A stretch of DNA of 60,423 bases from a virus (taxonomy: Duplodnaviria > Caudoviricetes). The first letter of the stretch is position 1. Each line of letters opens with the position of its first letter. Under the pieces are notes generated by a model, which saw nothing but the letters and a program-made list of their open reading frames with translations, ran no database searches and was not told the origin of the DNA. The stretch spans positions 1 to 60,423 of IMG/VR virus record IMGVR_UViG_3300025133_000111; one strand, written 5' to 3'. This document shows positions 18,248 through 27,830 of the stretch, in pieces. The translations under genes and the position numbers were made by a program.

Positions 18248-20221
18248 TTAGTCGCTATAGATAAATAACCCTGAATCTTCACTGGAAATAACAAGCCTAA
18301 CAAGTTCGTATGCATCGAAGGCAGCATCTGCAACCTTTTGTACGGCATCAGAGATATTCAGCTCTAATTCAAACCCATCAAAGAATCCATCGGGGAAATC
18401 TGCCTTCATGTAGTCAAATTGTTGGTTATTTAACAAAGATAACAAAGTATCTTCCGGCACAGAAAAGAACGCAATAATAAAGGCCAAAACATCTATAGCT
18501 CCAACTCCTTTTGTAATCCCAAGCTTACTGGCCACTGCCGCCCTTGATGCATCACCTTTGTCTGCAGCCCTAGCGTTACGGGTATCTATATCTGCTATTT
18601 TTGATGAAGCCCATCTTCTCGGAATATCTACAGCCGCCAAAACTGCGCTCATAAGATGTGCGTCTCTTATCGCAGAAGATCTCGATGTCCCTTCTTGCAA
18701 ATCTAGAACCTCAGGAGAAGTATTCTCGCCCAATAGCAAGAATATGGAGTCCTCTACAGTCTTAATCAGTCTAAATTGAGCCCTATCATCACTTTCGACC
18801 TCTACCTCTATTTGGGTTGCCGCTATTGTTTCTGTCTCTTCCTGGGGGCTCGGTGTCATACCGACTTTTGACTGTACAATATGCATAGACTTTACTTTGC
18901 TCTTAATATCTAGCGCCATTCCGTACAATGCTGTAAACAATCTGGCAATTAGTAGAGCCTCAAGAAGTCCAAGTTGATTTTTTATACCCTCATAGGTGAT
19001 GTTCTTAGATAAAGAGCCAATAGAAATTGGAGCTTGAGATAAATCGCTAGGATAGGTGGCGGTTGTGCCGGAAATTACATCTAACCTAATCCTTATAACA
19101 GCCTCCAATAGTGTTGACTTCATTTCATCTGTATTAATAGTTCTTAGGGCTTTCGGCAGAAATGGCTCTGCGACTATCTTTCCACTTTCATTGATACATT
19201 TTTCAATTCTCTCGTCCTGTATTGGTGGAAACAGCAAATAATGATATTTCCAGAAATTATCTGCCAAATCTAGTCGTCTCACGCTTAGATCTATCTGGCC
19301 TAGAATTTCACTATTATAAAGAGTAGATAGAACATCTTCAGTTATAGGGATTGATGGCTCTAGAGATAAGAGAACTTCTCTCAACATTTCCTTTATAATA
19401 AGATCTATATTAATAATCTTTCCACCAATAACGGCGGCTACTGGGCCAAAGTTTGATGCCAGCTCAGAAAGAAGATCAATATGATCTTGGCCAGAATCAT
19501 CTTTTTCCTTAGAACTTTGACTTGTTTTTGCAACAATTACTTGAGCCAAGCCACTAGCCTCAACTGTTGAAGGATTATCTGTATTTTTTAAAGTTTTCAA
19601 ATCGAGAATAATCTCTTTTAATATGTCGAGATCCTCAAATCCTGAATTGATTAAACTTAAGTAAGGATCACTAGCCTTTGTGAGATTATAAACCTCATCA
19701 CCGTTAACCACCGGCCTACTAGCTCGATCAAGCTGCCTTGCATCTAAAATGCTAAATGTATATTGGTCTTTATCTAATCCGGTCTTATTTTTAATTCCAC
19801 CAGTTGTAACATAGGTTAGTTTGGCATTATCCTGAATATTTAGAGAAGAAGGCATTCCTAACATTCTAAAAAAAGCATTCTCATATGACTCTAATACTGA
19901 TTCTGAATCAACTATTTCGTTGAAACTAATATTGTTTCCAGCTTGATCTGGAACTTCTTTTGCTAGCTCAAAAGGAAGAAAAGATGATCTGATTCTATTT
20001 AGCTCGGCAAATAAAGTTCCAAAGTTTTCATTTATTTCAGAAAACATCTTTAGATACTCATCACCTTTTGCCTCCTGAAGAAATGAGCTTACATTATATC
20101 TTCCTTCTAACGCTCCGATAGCACTATTCAGGGCTTCCCCCAGGAATGTTCCATCGCTTATTCTTCCATCAGAAGTAGCGGTATTGATTAGGTCCTGAAT
20201 TGTTCTTAAGGCATCTGACAT
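18248..20221 (-). CDS. Hypothetical acidic, largely helical virion protein
   Basis: 657-aa ORF starting 1 nt after the stop of the 2523-aa gene, inside the baseplate cluster. No motif recognised. Confidence 0.6.
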   Translation of the reverse strand: MSDALRTIQDLINTATSDGRISDGTFLGEALNSAIGALEGRYNVSSFLQEAKGDEYLKMFSEINENFGTLFAELNRIRSSFLPFELAKEVPDQAGNNISFNEIVDSESVLESYENAFFRMLGMPSSLNIQDNAKLTYVTTGGIKNKTGLDKDQYTFSILDARQLDRASRPVVNGDEVYNLTKASDPYLSLINSGFEDLDILKEIILDLKTLKNTDNPSTVEASGLAQVIVAKTSQSSKEKDDSGQDHIDLLSELASNFGPVAAVIGGKIINIDLIIKEMLREVLLSLEPSIPITEDVLSTLYNSEILGQIDLSVRRLDLADNFWKYHYLLFPPIQDERIEKCINESGKIVAEPFLPKALRTINTDEMKSTLLEAVIRIRLDVISGTTATYPSDLSQAPISIGSLSKNITYEGIKNQLGLLEALLIARLFTALYGMALDIKSKVKSMHIVQSKVGMTPSPQEETETIAATQIEVEVESDDRAQFRLIKTVEDSIFLLLGENTSPEVLDLQEGTSRSSAIRDAHLMSAVLAAVDIPRRWASSKIADIDTRNARAADKGDASRAAVASKLGITKGVGAIDVLAFIIAFFSVPEDTLLSLLNNQQFDYMKADFPDGFFDGFELELNISDAVQKVADAAFDAYELVRLVISSEDSGLFIYSD

Positions 20222-20222
20222 T

Positions 20223-23200
20223 TTAATTCTCTAACTTCGTTCCGAAGGTTTGCGGAGAAGGCTTAGCTGACTTAGCGCTATTATCTCGATCTTCATCTCC
20301 ATACCCAGAAGTATTAATTGCTGGAACAAAGAGAATGGTCAAGATTCTGTCAACCTTCGATAACGCACCGGGAGCAAATATTTCGGTATCATCCACTACA
20401 GTTGCTGCCGCATCGTCTACACAATCCACTTCTACCGCCTTAGAATCTACTCTTGGATCAACTATTCCGCGATCAGTAACGGCCTGAACAATCGTTGTAC
20501 AAATAGTTGCTCTAATCTGGACTTTTCCTGCGGCAGGAGCTACCACTGCGAAAGTATATTCTCCACCAATCTTTTCAAAGATTTCAGAGGGGTCTTCGGA
20601 GGTTGCGGCAACCAATTCGGCTCCACCTGTTTCGTCTTTTAAGAAGTCTATTTTAATAGATTCGGTAAGATCAAGAGCCGGAGAAAGAATATCGTCGTAA
20701 CAATCTCTTGGGATTATTCTTACAATGGCCTTGCTTCCAACTTCTACTATAGCAGAGTCTCCTATTCCAGACGCATACTCCATAGCTCCAGTAATCTTTG
20801 GGAATCCAGCAAGTTCTTCATCAAATTCTAGCTCATCAACTATATCGAATCCGATCAGGTCAGAAAGGCCTTCTTGTTCTGGATCTACAAATTCTGCCAG
20901 CGGAGTTTCATCATCATCATTTTCAATTTTAAAAGAAGTATTTAGAGGATTAATCACGAAACCGCAGACATTATCTATTTCTCCCTCATAACACTCTTTC
21001 AGAGTGTTATATTGAGCTATAACATCCTGAACCGGAATTTGAGCTGGAACATTGCCAAGCTCTAGTGACTGTCTGATGCTTGGAATTATGCCAACTGGAA
21101 CTCCACTGGCGTCTACCGCTGTGCTATTGAAATAATTCAAAAATGCCTCAAGACAGTCAGTAAGCGTATCGATGCTATCTTCTATTTTATCTGGCTCCAC
21201 AAACCCTGGGAGATCAAGAAGAAGTTCCGTAGGCCCTGAGGCTCCACACGCTGCGGCAATATCATCTGACAATTGTCGCATGTCTACGATATAGAGCCTT
21301 GGGAAATCAAAAACGTTAATTACATTAGCGGCTTTTGATATATCATCTATATCGCCCGGCGTGCCACCAACATAGTCGTGGGCACCAACTGCATCAGTTG
21401 TTCCTGGGTAAAATTCAAATGGATGAGGAGTCCCTGCAACATCTGCATTTTCATTGGCCTGTTGCCAAACTATTATTTGTCCAGCCGGAACGCCATACGT
21501 TGTCTCTAAGCCCGCCAAGACCCCAGCTTGTGTTCCCGTTGGAAGCAATTCAGAGAATGATCTATAGGTTTCTTTATTTTCTTTTGAAAACTTTTTCTTT
21601 GGAGCAGTTGGGAAGTTCATCATCTTTGCATGAATAGAGGTTATCACGGGAATTCCGTTTCTTTCCTCAACGACAATGCCGCCCTGCCCGCCGCCGGCCT
21701 CTTCGACAAAATAGATATTAAACTCATCATCTATCAAAGCAATCATGGGAATCGATCCAAATGTTTTGGTTACTTCAATTGGAGTAAATTCTGCGGTCAA
21801 CGTATCGGGATTTATCCCAGGCTCTTGTAGCTCAAAAGTGACAGTCAAAGGCTTCGGCTGATAAGTCTTTGCGCCCCCAATGGCATCTGCTCCTTGGCTT
21901 AAAAAGAATCCCCCAGTTAAGCCAATGTCAGAAGCGCCGTCAATTGGTGATGTAAATCCGACAGAAGCTATATCATCTGATATAACCAGACTCTTTCCGT
22001 CTGGGATTAAGAATCCGGGAGGAGAATCAAGCGTCTGCAGCTCATCTATATTCTTCTTATTAAAGAATGGAGCTAAAAATGGAATAAATGCAAGTGGATC
22101 AGTCTTTCCTCTTTCATTAAATTGGAATCTGACCATTCTAGGATCTGGTCCAGTAAATATAGCAAATTCTTTTGTAGACCTAGTAAATGAAAGGCCAAAT
22201 GTACCATCAAAATCGCCACCAGTAAATCTTAAATTTCTATAGTCAACATTCTCGTGTTGGCCATTATCATCTAAATCTCCCTCAAAATAGCCTCCCTCTT
22301 CAATTAAGATACTCTCTCCAGTAAGGCTATTTCTTATGCCAGGAAGAGGTCTTCCTCCGAATCCAGTATTGTCCGAAACAACCTCAGTAGAAGACGACTG
22401 CTCTGTTACTTCTTTGAGAATATCTGAGCCAGCCGGTTGTCCAAGGTTATTTGTTATAAAGAGTCCATTGTCATTTGAGGTAGGAGGAGTATTTCCGAAG
22501 GAACCAACTTCATCAATCGGAAGAATTGTATATGTCTGAGCCATAGGAAGCAGTGCGTCCGGAACTATCTGCCCAGCAGGAACAACCTTGCTCATAATTA
22601 ATCCAGCGAGCTGCGAGGGATCAATACAGGACTCTTCGTCATCGTCCGTCTTAATCTGACACGGGAATGCAAAAGTCATCTGCAAAAGCTCTAAGAACAA
22701 AGCCAATACGTTGAGAATTGGATCCAAAACTGTCAAATCAGCTTCAAGACTGGCCAAATGCTCGTTGATCGTTTCTTCCAGAGTTATGATTGCAGCATAA
22801 TTCTTCTGCTCTATAGCTCCCTGGATCGCAGTAGATACTTCGTTTATAGCATTAACGATGCTAAGCACCTTTATTATAATACAAAGAAGCAGCTCGATAA
22901 CATGCAAGACCAAAGCCAACAGCATTGCTGGGACCGAGAGCTGAGGAAGTAGTAGAATCAAGTCATATAAGCATAAGAAAAGTCTGATTATTGCAAAAAC
23001 AAGAGCTACCGGATTTAGCAAGGCACATATAACATCTATGATGCAGAAGATTACCTTAATTGGAACAAGTAGAACTTTAAAATTTCTAAGCTGAAGAGTC
23101 AACTCTGCAGTTAGGTGGAATGACATATCGCAAAAGCTTTGAATCATTTCTTTTGGAACATTTGCCTTATCTAAAGTTACAGATGTAAATTTCAAATATC

Positions 23201-26200
23201 TTTCTTCAAGTTTTTCCTTAAGATCAGCAGGGGAACCCCTTTTGTTTCTCGCACCACCCTCGATGCTGTTGTCAACCTTGCCTTCCAAGTCTATAGCGAC
23301 ATCATTCCCCAACTGTCTAGCGATCTGCATATAATTATCATTAGAATTTGTTAATGACAGCGAAATACACGGATCTGCACCATAAGTGGAGGTTTTTGAT
23401 AGCTCTGGGGCCTTTACTTTGAACTTTAAGTATATACTCTCCGGAACAATATTGAGAATCTTTATTCTTCTACCACCAAGCTCCACCTTTGTGTCTCGTG
23501 TCGAGCCTCCAGCGACAATATAGAATACCTGTCCAGATTTCACTGAGAAGTCAGAAAATGAAGAATCTTCGCCGGGGCCATACTTCTTATTGTTAGAGTC
23601 TATTCTTATAATCTCTGGAACATTAAATTTAATTGAAGAAGTTTGACCAAACTTAAACGTAAGAACCAGTTTAGAACTTGTATTGTCATCTGTTATATCT
23701 ATAAAAGAAGTCGGAATAGAAGACTCTTTGTCTATAAAGATATTCTTAATATTAACTCTATTAAAATCGCTTTCTCTCTGGCCCATAGCTGACGCACTCT
23801 GCGTGGCACCACTTGCAATCTGCCCCGCAAGACCAGCGAGACTTGAGAGCTTGTCAGTCAGGGTCTGTATTAGAGCTAGCCCGTCTTCCAGCAACCCGAG
23901 AGCCGTATTTGCAGCCTCTGTAGCCTCGCCTACGCCCCCGAGCACCACCTCTCCGGCGCCACTGGCAGCAGCAGCCGCCGCGTCCTCTTGCTCCGCCTCC
24001 GTGCCGCTCTGGACGGCTTCGTCAGCAGCGACAAGAGCATCATTATATGCCTGCTCTTTCTCCTCTATGGCTTGGATTTCTTCGTTAATCTCCTGAAGCC
24101 GATCTGGGGTTAAATCTTCAGGATTATCCTTAAGATCTTGAAGTTCTGTTTTTTGCTCATTTAGCGCAGCAAGTTGCTTCTCGCCCTGCTCTCTTATCCT
24201 GTCCACACCATTGGCCACATCTGAAACAGACAGAAGAGCTTCCGAAGTACCGCTCGTATTTATCTTTACTATCTCTCCAAACTGGTTCAACTCTTCAGAA
24301 TTGGGACCATAGTCTGAAAGAAACATTCCATAGACTTGATCTTCTATGCTGGCTCCAAAGATTAGGTCAACACTTGGGAAGATCTTTATTGGATTTGGAA
24401 ACTTAAGATAAGATAATGGATCAGAAGCCTCTATCTCATCGGAATAAGATCCAGCTCTCAAAGGAATCTGTGACAATCCAATATTTGCTGGAAAAATATT
24501 AGGAAGAGGAACTATTCTATTGTCATTAATCCTTGGAATAAGCTTATTTGCCTTACTTGCCAAAGTTCCCTCTTCAGGAGATGAGTCGTCAACGTTGACA
24601 ATAGAGCCATCAACTATCTCATCTCCTGCAAAATCAACAGTGAGACGATTATATACAACAGAATCATAAGTAACATTAAATCTTCTGTCTTTTTTCGTAA
24701 CTACAATATCAAGAAATCCAGTATCTGTAATTCCGGTTATATTTCTGTAATTTGCAACAAGCCTATTGTCGTCCCCTCGGATAAGTCCGAATCTTTTATT
24801 TCGTATCTTCTCAGAACCTATAGAAAGGCTATACGATCTTGATATTCTTGGCTCATCACTAAATCCTTCGAATATTACTGCTAGGCGAGCAATCCTATCA
24901 TTTGTTCTGAGTTCATATTCGTCTTCAAATTCATCACTAATATCTATTTCGTTTATATACTCTTCAAGGGGTTTAATGGCTGAGCGACTCACATTTGAGA
25001 ATGACTTACTGTTTCCAACCCCAGGATTAGTCAGCTTCATTGCCAACCCACTCACGTAAGGAGGGTTGATGAACGCGGGCTTGCTCCCTTTAGCTCCACT
25101 TGATCCAAGCGGAATTATAGCATAATTATCTGGCAACAGAAAGCTGGTACCATCATCTATTTTGTGGTTAGTTAAAACTATATAAGCTTTATGCTTTCCA
25201 TCTTCACCAACTAATTGGTTGAATCTACTTATATTTAGTTTTGATCCGGGCCCAGGAAACTTAAGTTTTACCTTTCTGTTGTTAATTTTGGCAAAATCAT
25301 CTGTTCCAAGCACGTATTCAAATTTTGTGGGAACAATAAGATTTAAATCAGGATTGGGCAGGCTAACTCTTACAAGAGAAGATGTTGAAGGTGTTTCAAC
25401 TTCCCAGCCTATATCCTCTTTTAATATATCCAGGTTATCATTGTTGTCATCGCCACTGTTTTCAAGTATCGCAATATATCCATATAAAGGCAGGCTATCT
25501 CTAAAAACCGGCTCGTTATACTTTAATATTATTTCAGCGTTTGTTTGCCCATCCATTAACAATGGAATTGAGTCTATTTCTGCTCCAAAACGAGGAGCTT
25601 TTAATCCTAGGGGATCTGTGAATTCTATTTTATCTTCAGGTCCTTCAATAAGTTCAGAAATAGTAACGCTATCATCTGATATTCTTATTGGTAAAAGATT
25701 GCTGCTGCCCGCTCCGGTACTTGTAATAACTTGAAGATAGAAAGTGCCAATAAGAGTTCCAAATAGATTCTTAATTAACGTATCAGCGTTAGAAGAGCTA
25801 AGTATAACATTTGGCCCCTGGGAATCTACTGTTATGTTTGCAAATGATATTTCAGAAGCAGCTTCTTCATCAGAAAAAATCCTTATTGAAGCGCCTGAAA
25901 TTTCATCGCCCATATTGATAGTAATGTTCTCTATATCTGAAGATATAGATAAAACCTCCCTACTATCAAAAAACCCATCTGGAGTTATACTCTTAAGTAT
26001 ACTAACCTGCGGAGAGACTACAATGTTTTCTCCAGATACTCTAACTATTTGCCCATATCTGTCTACGGCATAAAGCGCAAATTGATGTTCTACGCTTGGG
26101 CTGTATCCACTCAGTCCTCGCTTCTCTAATCCGGCAAAATTAAATGGGATAAATAAATCAATAAAATTATTTTCGCCTACCGATTCGGTAGCCTCCAGTG

Positions 26201-27794
26201 GAATCCAATTATCTGGAATTTGCTTGTCAATATCTAATAGTATATTGGGACAAACAAATGACATTAAATTTTTTGCTGAACAAATTTTGTCATTAAACCA
26301 TTTTCTATCATTTATAACATAGGTTGCTTTGGATGATGATCTGGAGCCCATTATCATCTCTGGTCTGTTTTTTTCTCCAAGAAAATCTGCGAGGTTTGCT
26401 GTTCCAATAGAATATGATGCTACAGATAGCGGAATGCCAAGCTCTTTCTTTGAGAAAATAGAAGTTGGGTTTACAAATGGAATAGTGGAGAAAGAGCTAA
26501 GATAAGAATTTAAATCATCAAATATGCTATCTATTTCTTCTTCTTTCTTATCAAAATCTATGATGGGTTTAAGACTCGAACTTTCCGGATTAAAATATGG
26601 ATAAGAAAGAATTGGAGCAGTAAACATCTCTATTGCATCTAAGGTTTTTACAAACCCCTTTGGAGCAGAGGAGTCTTGTTGTGGAACAATAATTGGAGAT
26701 AAAAAATATTTATATGAAGAATCATGTCCATCCTTATCTAGGGAGATAGAAATAGGAGCTTCAAAAAGAGAATAGCTTACTTCGGCTTCGGCCACCCTAA
26801 CATCAGGCGGAGCAGCATATTCGAATGCAATAGCCTTATAATCCTTCGTTTGTTTGTTAACAAGCTCTAGACAGAAGTGAAGCTTATTGCCATCGTCGTC
26901 TACGCCTAACTCAAACAAACCTGAACTATTTCTTCCAGATAAATCGGGCGTTTTAATATATAAATCTTCGCCTATCGCTGTGCAATATCCGATTACTCCC
27001 TGTGATTTCTTTCCTTCTAAAAACTTTTCTTCAACATGGAAGATGGGAAGCAAGTCTAGTAAGATTTGAGAAATTCCTTCATTATCAGCCGGGAGATTCT
27101 TACTTAGAATTCTAAGCTCTCTAAAGGTTAATCCAGATAATCCAACATAATTACTTAGCCCAAAATCTTCGTTCTCAAAGTCTGACTCATCAAAGGTTAG
27201 TGCATTTAAAATAGACTGAATTTTTTCAAATGGAATAAATTTCAATCCACCAACCTTTGAGATTGAAGAAAGTCGAGCTTTCCCGCTTCTATCAATAGAT
27301 TTGTTGATATCCGAAGTAGTGCTAATTGAGCTTCTTAGGCTACTAAAATAAACAGTCGGAATTCCATTAGAATTAAGAGCCGTTGTTATATTCGGCATAT
27401 TCTCAAGAGTTTTATTTATATTAACTCTAGCTGCAACTAACTCTGTTAATTTCTGTGTTCCGCTATCACGAGCTACAACACTAATTCCTTTTACATATTT
27501 AGCTAGCGTCTTAATTGACGCATCATATCGTCCTAATTTTGCTGGCTCTAATGCAGTTATTTCACTTCCAAGAGAAACCTTTAGAATAGAACCGCCTATA
27601 AGAGGGACTACATCTCCTGCTCCCGCAGTTGACTGTGAAGCCTTTGGGAACAAAACATTATACGAAGCAGACTCTAATCCCGCCTTATTTGTTGAGTCAT
27701 CTTCCTCTAAGCAATTAATGCTTATTTTTGCAGAATCTTCTGCCTCATTTATAGGGCCGATTAGGTCAATTAAAATTTTTGAAGAGTTAGCCAT
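20223..27794 (-). CDS. Very large baseplate-associated protein with coiled coil and long hydrophobic helical segment
   Basis: 2523 aa. Beta-rich N-terminal half, coiled coil/Ala-rich stretch near 23700-24230, strongly hydrophobic run near 22850-23075. Directly downstream of the spike gene. Function is inferred only. Confidence 0.55.
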   Translation of the reverse strand: MANSSKILIDLIGPINEAEDSAKISINCLEEDDSTNKAGLESASYNVLFPKASQSTAGAGDVVPLIGGSILKVSLGSEITALEPAKLGRYDASIKTLAKYVKGISVVARDSGTQKLTELVAARVNINKTLENMPNITTALNSNGIPTVYFSSLRSSISTTSDINKSIDRSGKARLSSISKVGGLKFIPFEKIQSILNALTFDESDFENEDFGLSNYVGLSGLTFRELRILSKNLPADNEGISQILLDLLPIFHVEEKFLEGKKSQGVIGYCTAIGEDLYIKTPDLSGRNSSGLFELGVDDDGNKLHFCLELVNKQTKDYKAIAFEYAAPPDVRVAEAEVSYSLFEAPISISLDKDGHDSSYKYFLSPIIVPQQDSSAPKGFVKTLDAIEMFTAPILSYPYFNPESSSLKPIIDFDKKEEEIDSIFDDLNSYLSSFSTIPFVNPTSIFSKKELGIPLSVASYSIGTANLADFLGEKNRPEMIMGSRSSSKATYVINDRKWFNDKICSAKNLMSFVCPNILLDIDKQIPDNWIPLEATESVGENNFIDLFIPFNFAGLEKRGLSGYSPSVEHQFALYAVDRYGQIVRVSGENIVVSPQVSILKSITPDGFFDSREVLSISSDIENITINMGDEISGASIRIFSDEEAASEISFANITVDSQGPNVILSSSNADTLIKNLFGTLIGTFYLQVITSTGAGSSNLLPIRISDDSVTISELIEGPEDKIEFTDPLGLKAPRFGAEIDSIPLLMDGQTNAEIILKYNEPVFRDSLPLYGYIAILENSGDDNNDNLDILKEDIGWEVETPSTSSLVRVSLPNPDLNLIVPTKFEYVLGTDDFAKINNRKVKLKFPGPGSKLNISRFNQLVGEDGKHKAYIVLTNHKIDDGTSFLLPDNYAIIPLGSSGAKGSKPAFINPPYVSGLAMKLTNPGVGNSKSFSNVSRSAIKPLEEYINEIDISDEFEDEYELRTNDRIARLAVIFEGFSDEPRISRSYSLSIGSEKIRNKRFGLIRGDDNRLVANYRNITGITDTGFLDIVVTKKDRRFNVTYDSVVYNRLTVDFAGDEIVDGSIVNVDDSSPEEGTLASKANKLIPRINDNRIVPLPNIFPANIGLSQIPLRAGSYSDEIEASDPLSYLKFPNPIKIFPSVDLIFGASIEDQVYGMFLSDYGPNSEELNQFGEIVKINTSGTSEALLSVSDVANGVDRIREQGEKQLAALNEQKTELQDLKDNPEDLTPDRLQEINEEIQAIEEKEQAYNDALVAADEAVQSGTEAEQEDAAAAAASGAGEVVLGGVGEATEAANTALGLLEDGLALIQTLTDKLSSLAGLAGQIASGATQSASAMGQRESDFNRVNIKNIFIDKESSIPTSFIDITDDNTSSKLVLTFKFGQTSSIKFNVPEIIRIDSNNKKYGPGEDSSFSDFSVKSGQVFYIVAGGSTRDTKVELGGRRIKILNIVPESIYLKFKVKAPELSKTSTYGADPCISLSLTNSNDNYMQIARQLGNDVAIDLEGKVDNSIEGGARNKRGSPADLKEKLEERYLKFTSVTLDKANVPKEMIQSFCDMSFHLTAELTLQLRNFKVLLVPIKVIFCIIDVICALLNPVALVFAIIRLFLCLYDLILLLPQLSVPAMLLALVLHVIELLLCIIIKVLSIVNAINEVSTAIQGAIEQKNYAAIITLEETINEHLASLEADLTVLDPILNVLALFLELLQMTFAFPCQIKTDDDEESCIDPSQLAGLIMSKVVPAGQIVPDALLPMAQTYTILPIDEVGSFGNTPPTSNDNGLFITNNLGQPAGSDILKEVTEQSSSTEVVSDNTGFGGRPLPGIRNSLTGESILIEEGGYFEGDLDDNGQHENVDYRNLRFTGGDFDGTFGLSFTRSTKEFAIFTGPDPRMVRFQFNERGKTDPLAFIPFLAPFFNKKNIDELQTLDSPPGFLIPDGKSLVISDDIASVGFTSPIDGASDIGLTGGFFLSQGADAIGGAKTYQPKPLTVTFELQEPGINPDTLTAEFTPIEVTKTFGSIPMIALIDDEFNIYFVEEAGGGQGGIVVEERNGIPVITSIHAKMMNFPTAPKKKFSKENKETYRSFSELLPTGTQAGVLAGLETTYGVPAGQIIVWQQANENADVAGTPHPFEFYPGTTDAVGAHDYVGGTPGDIDDISKAANVINVFDFPRLYIVDMRQLSDDIAAACGASGPTELLLDLPGFVEPDKIEDSIDTLTDCLEAFLNYFNSTAVDASGVPVGIIPSIRQSLELGNVPAQIPVQDVIAQYNTLKECYEGEIDNVCGFVINPLNTSFKIENDDDETPLAEFVDPEQEGLSDLIGFDIVDELEFDEELAGFPKITGAMEYASGIGDSAIVEVGSKAIVRIIPRDCYDDILSPALDLTESIKIDFLKDETGGAELVAATSEDPSEIFEKIGGEYTFAVVAPAAGKVQIRATICTTIVQAVTDRGIVDPRVDSKAVEVDCVDDAAATVVDDTEIFAPGALSKVDRILTILFVPAINTSGYGDEDRDNSAKSAKPSPQTFGTKLEN

Positions 27795-27830
27795 TATAAT
27801 CCTAAGTCTATGATACTTTTAATAATATAT

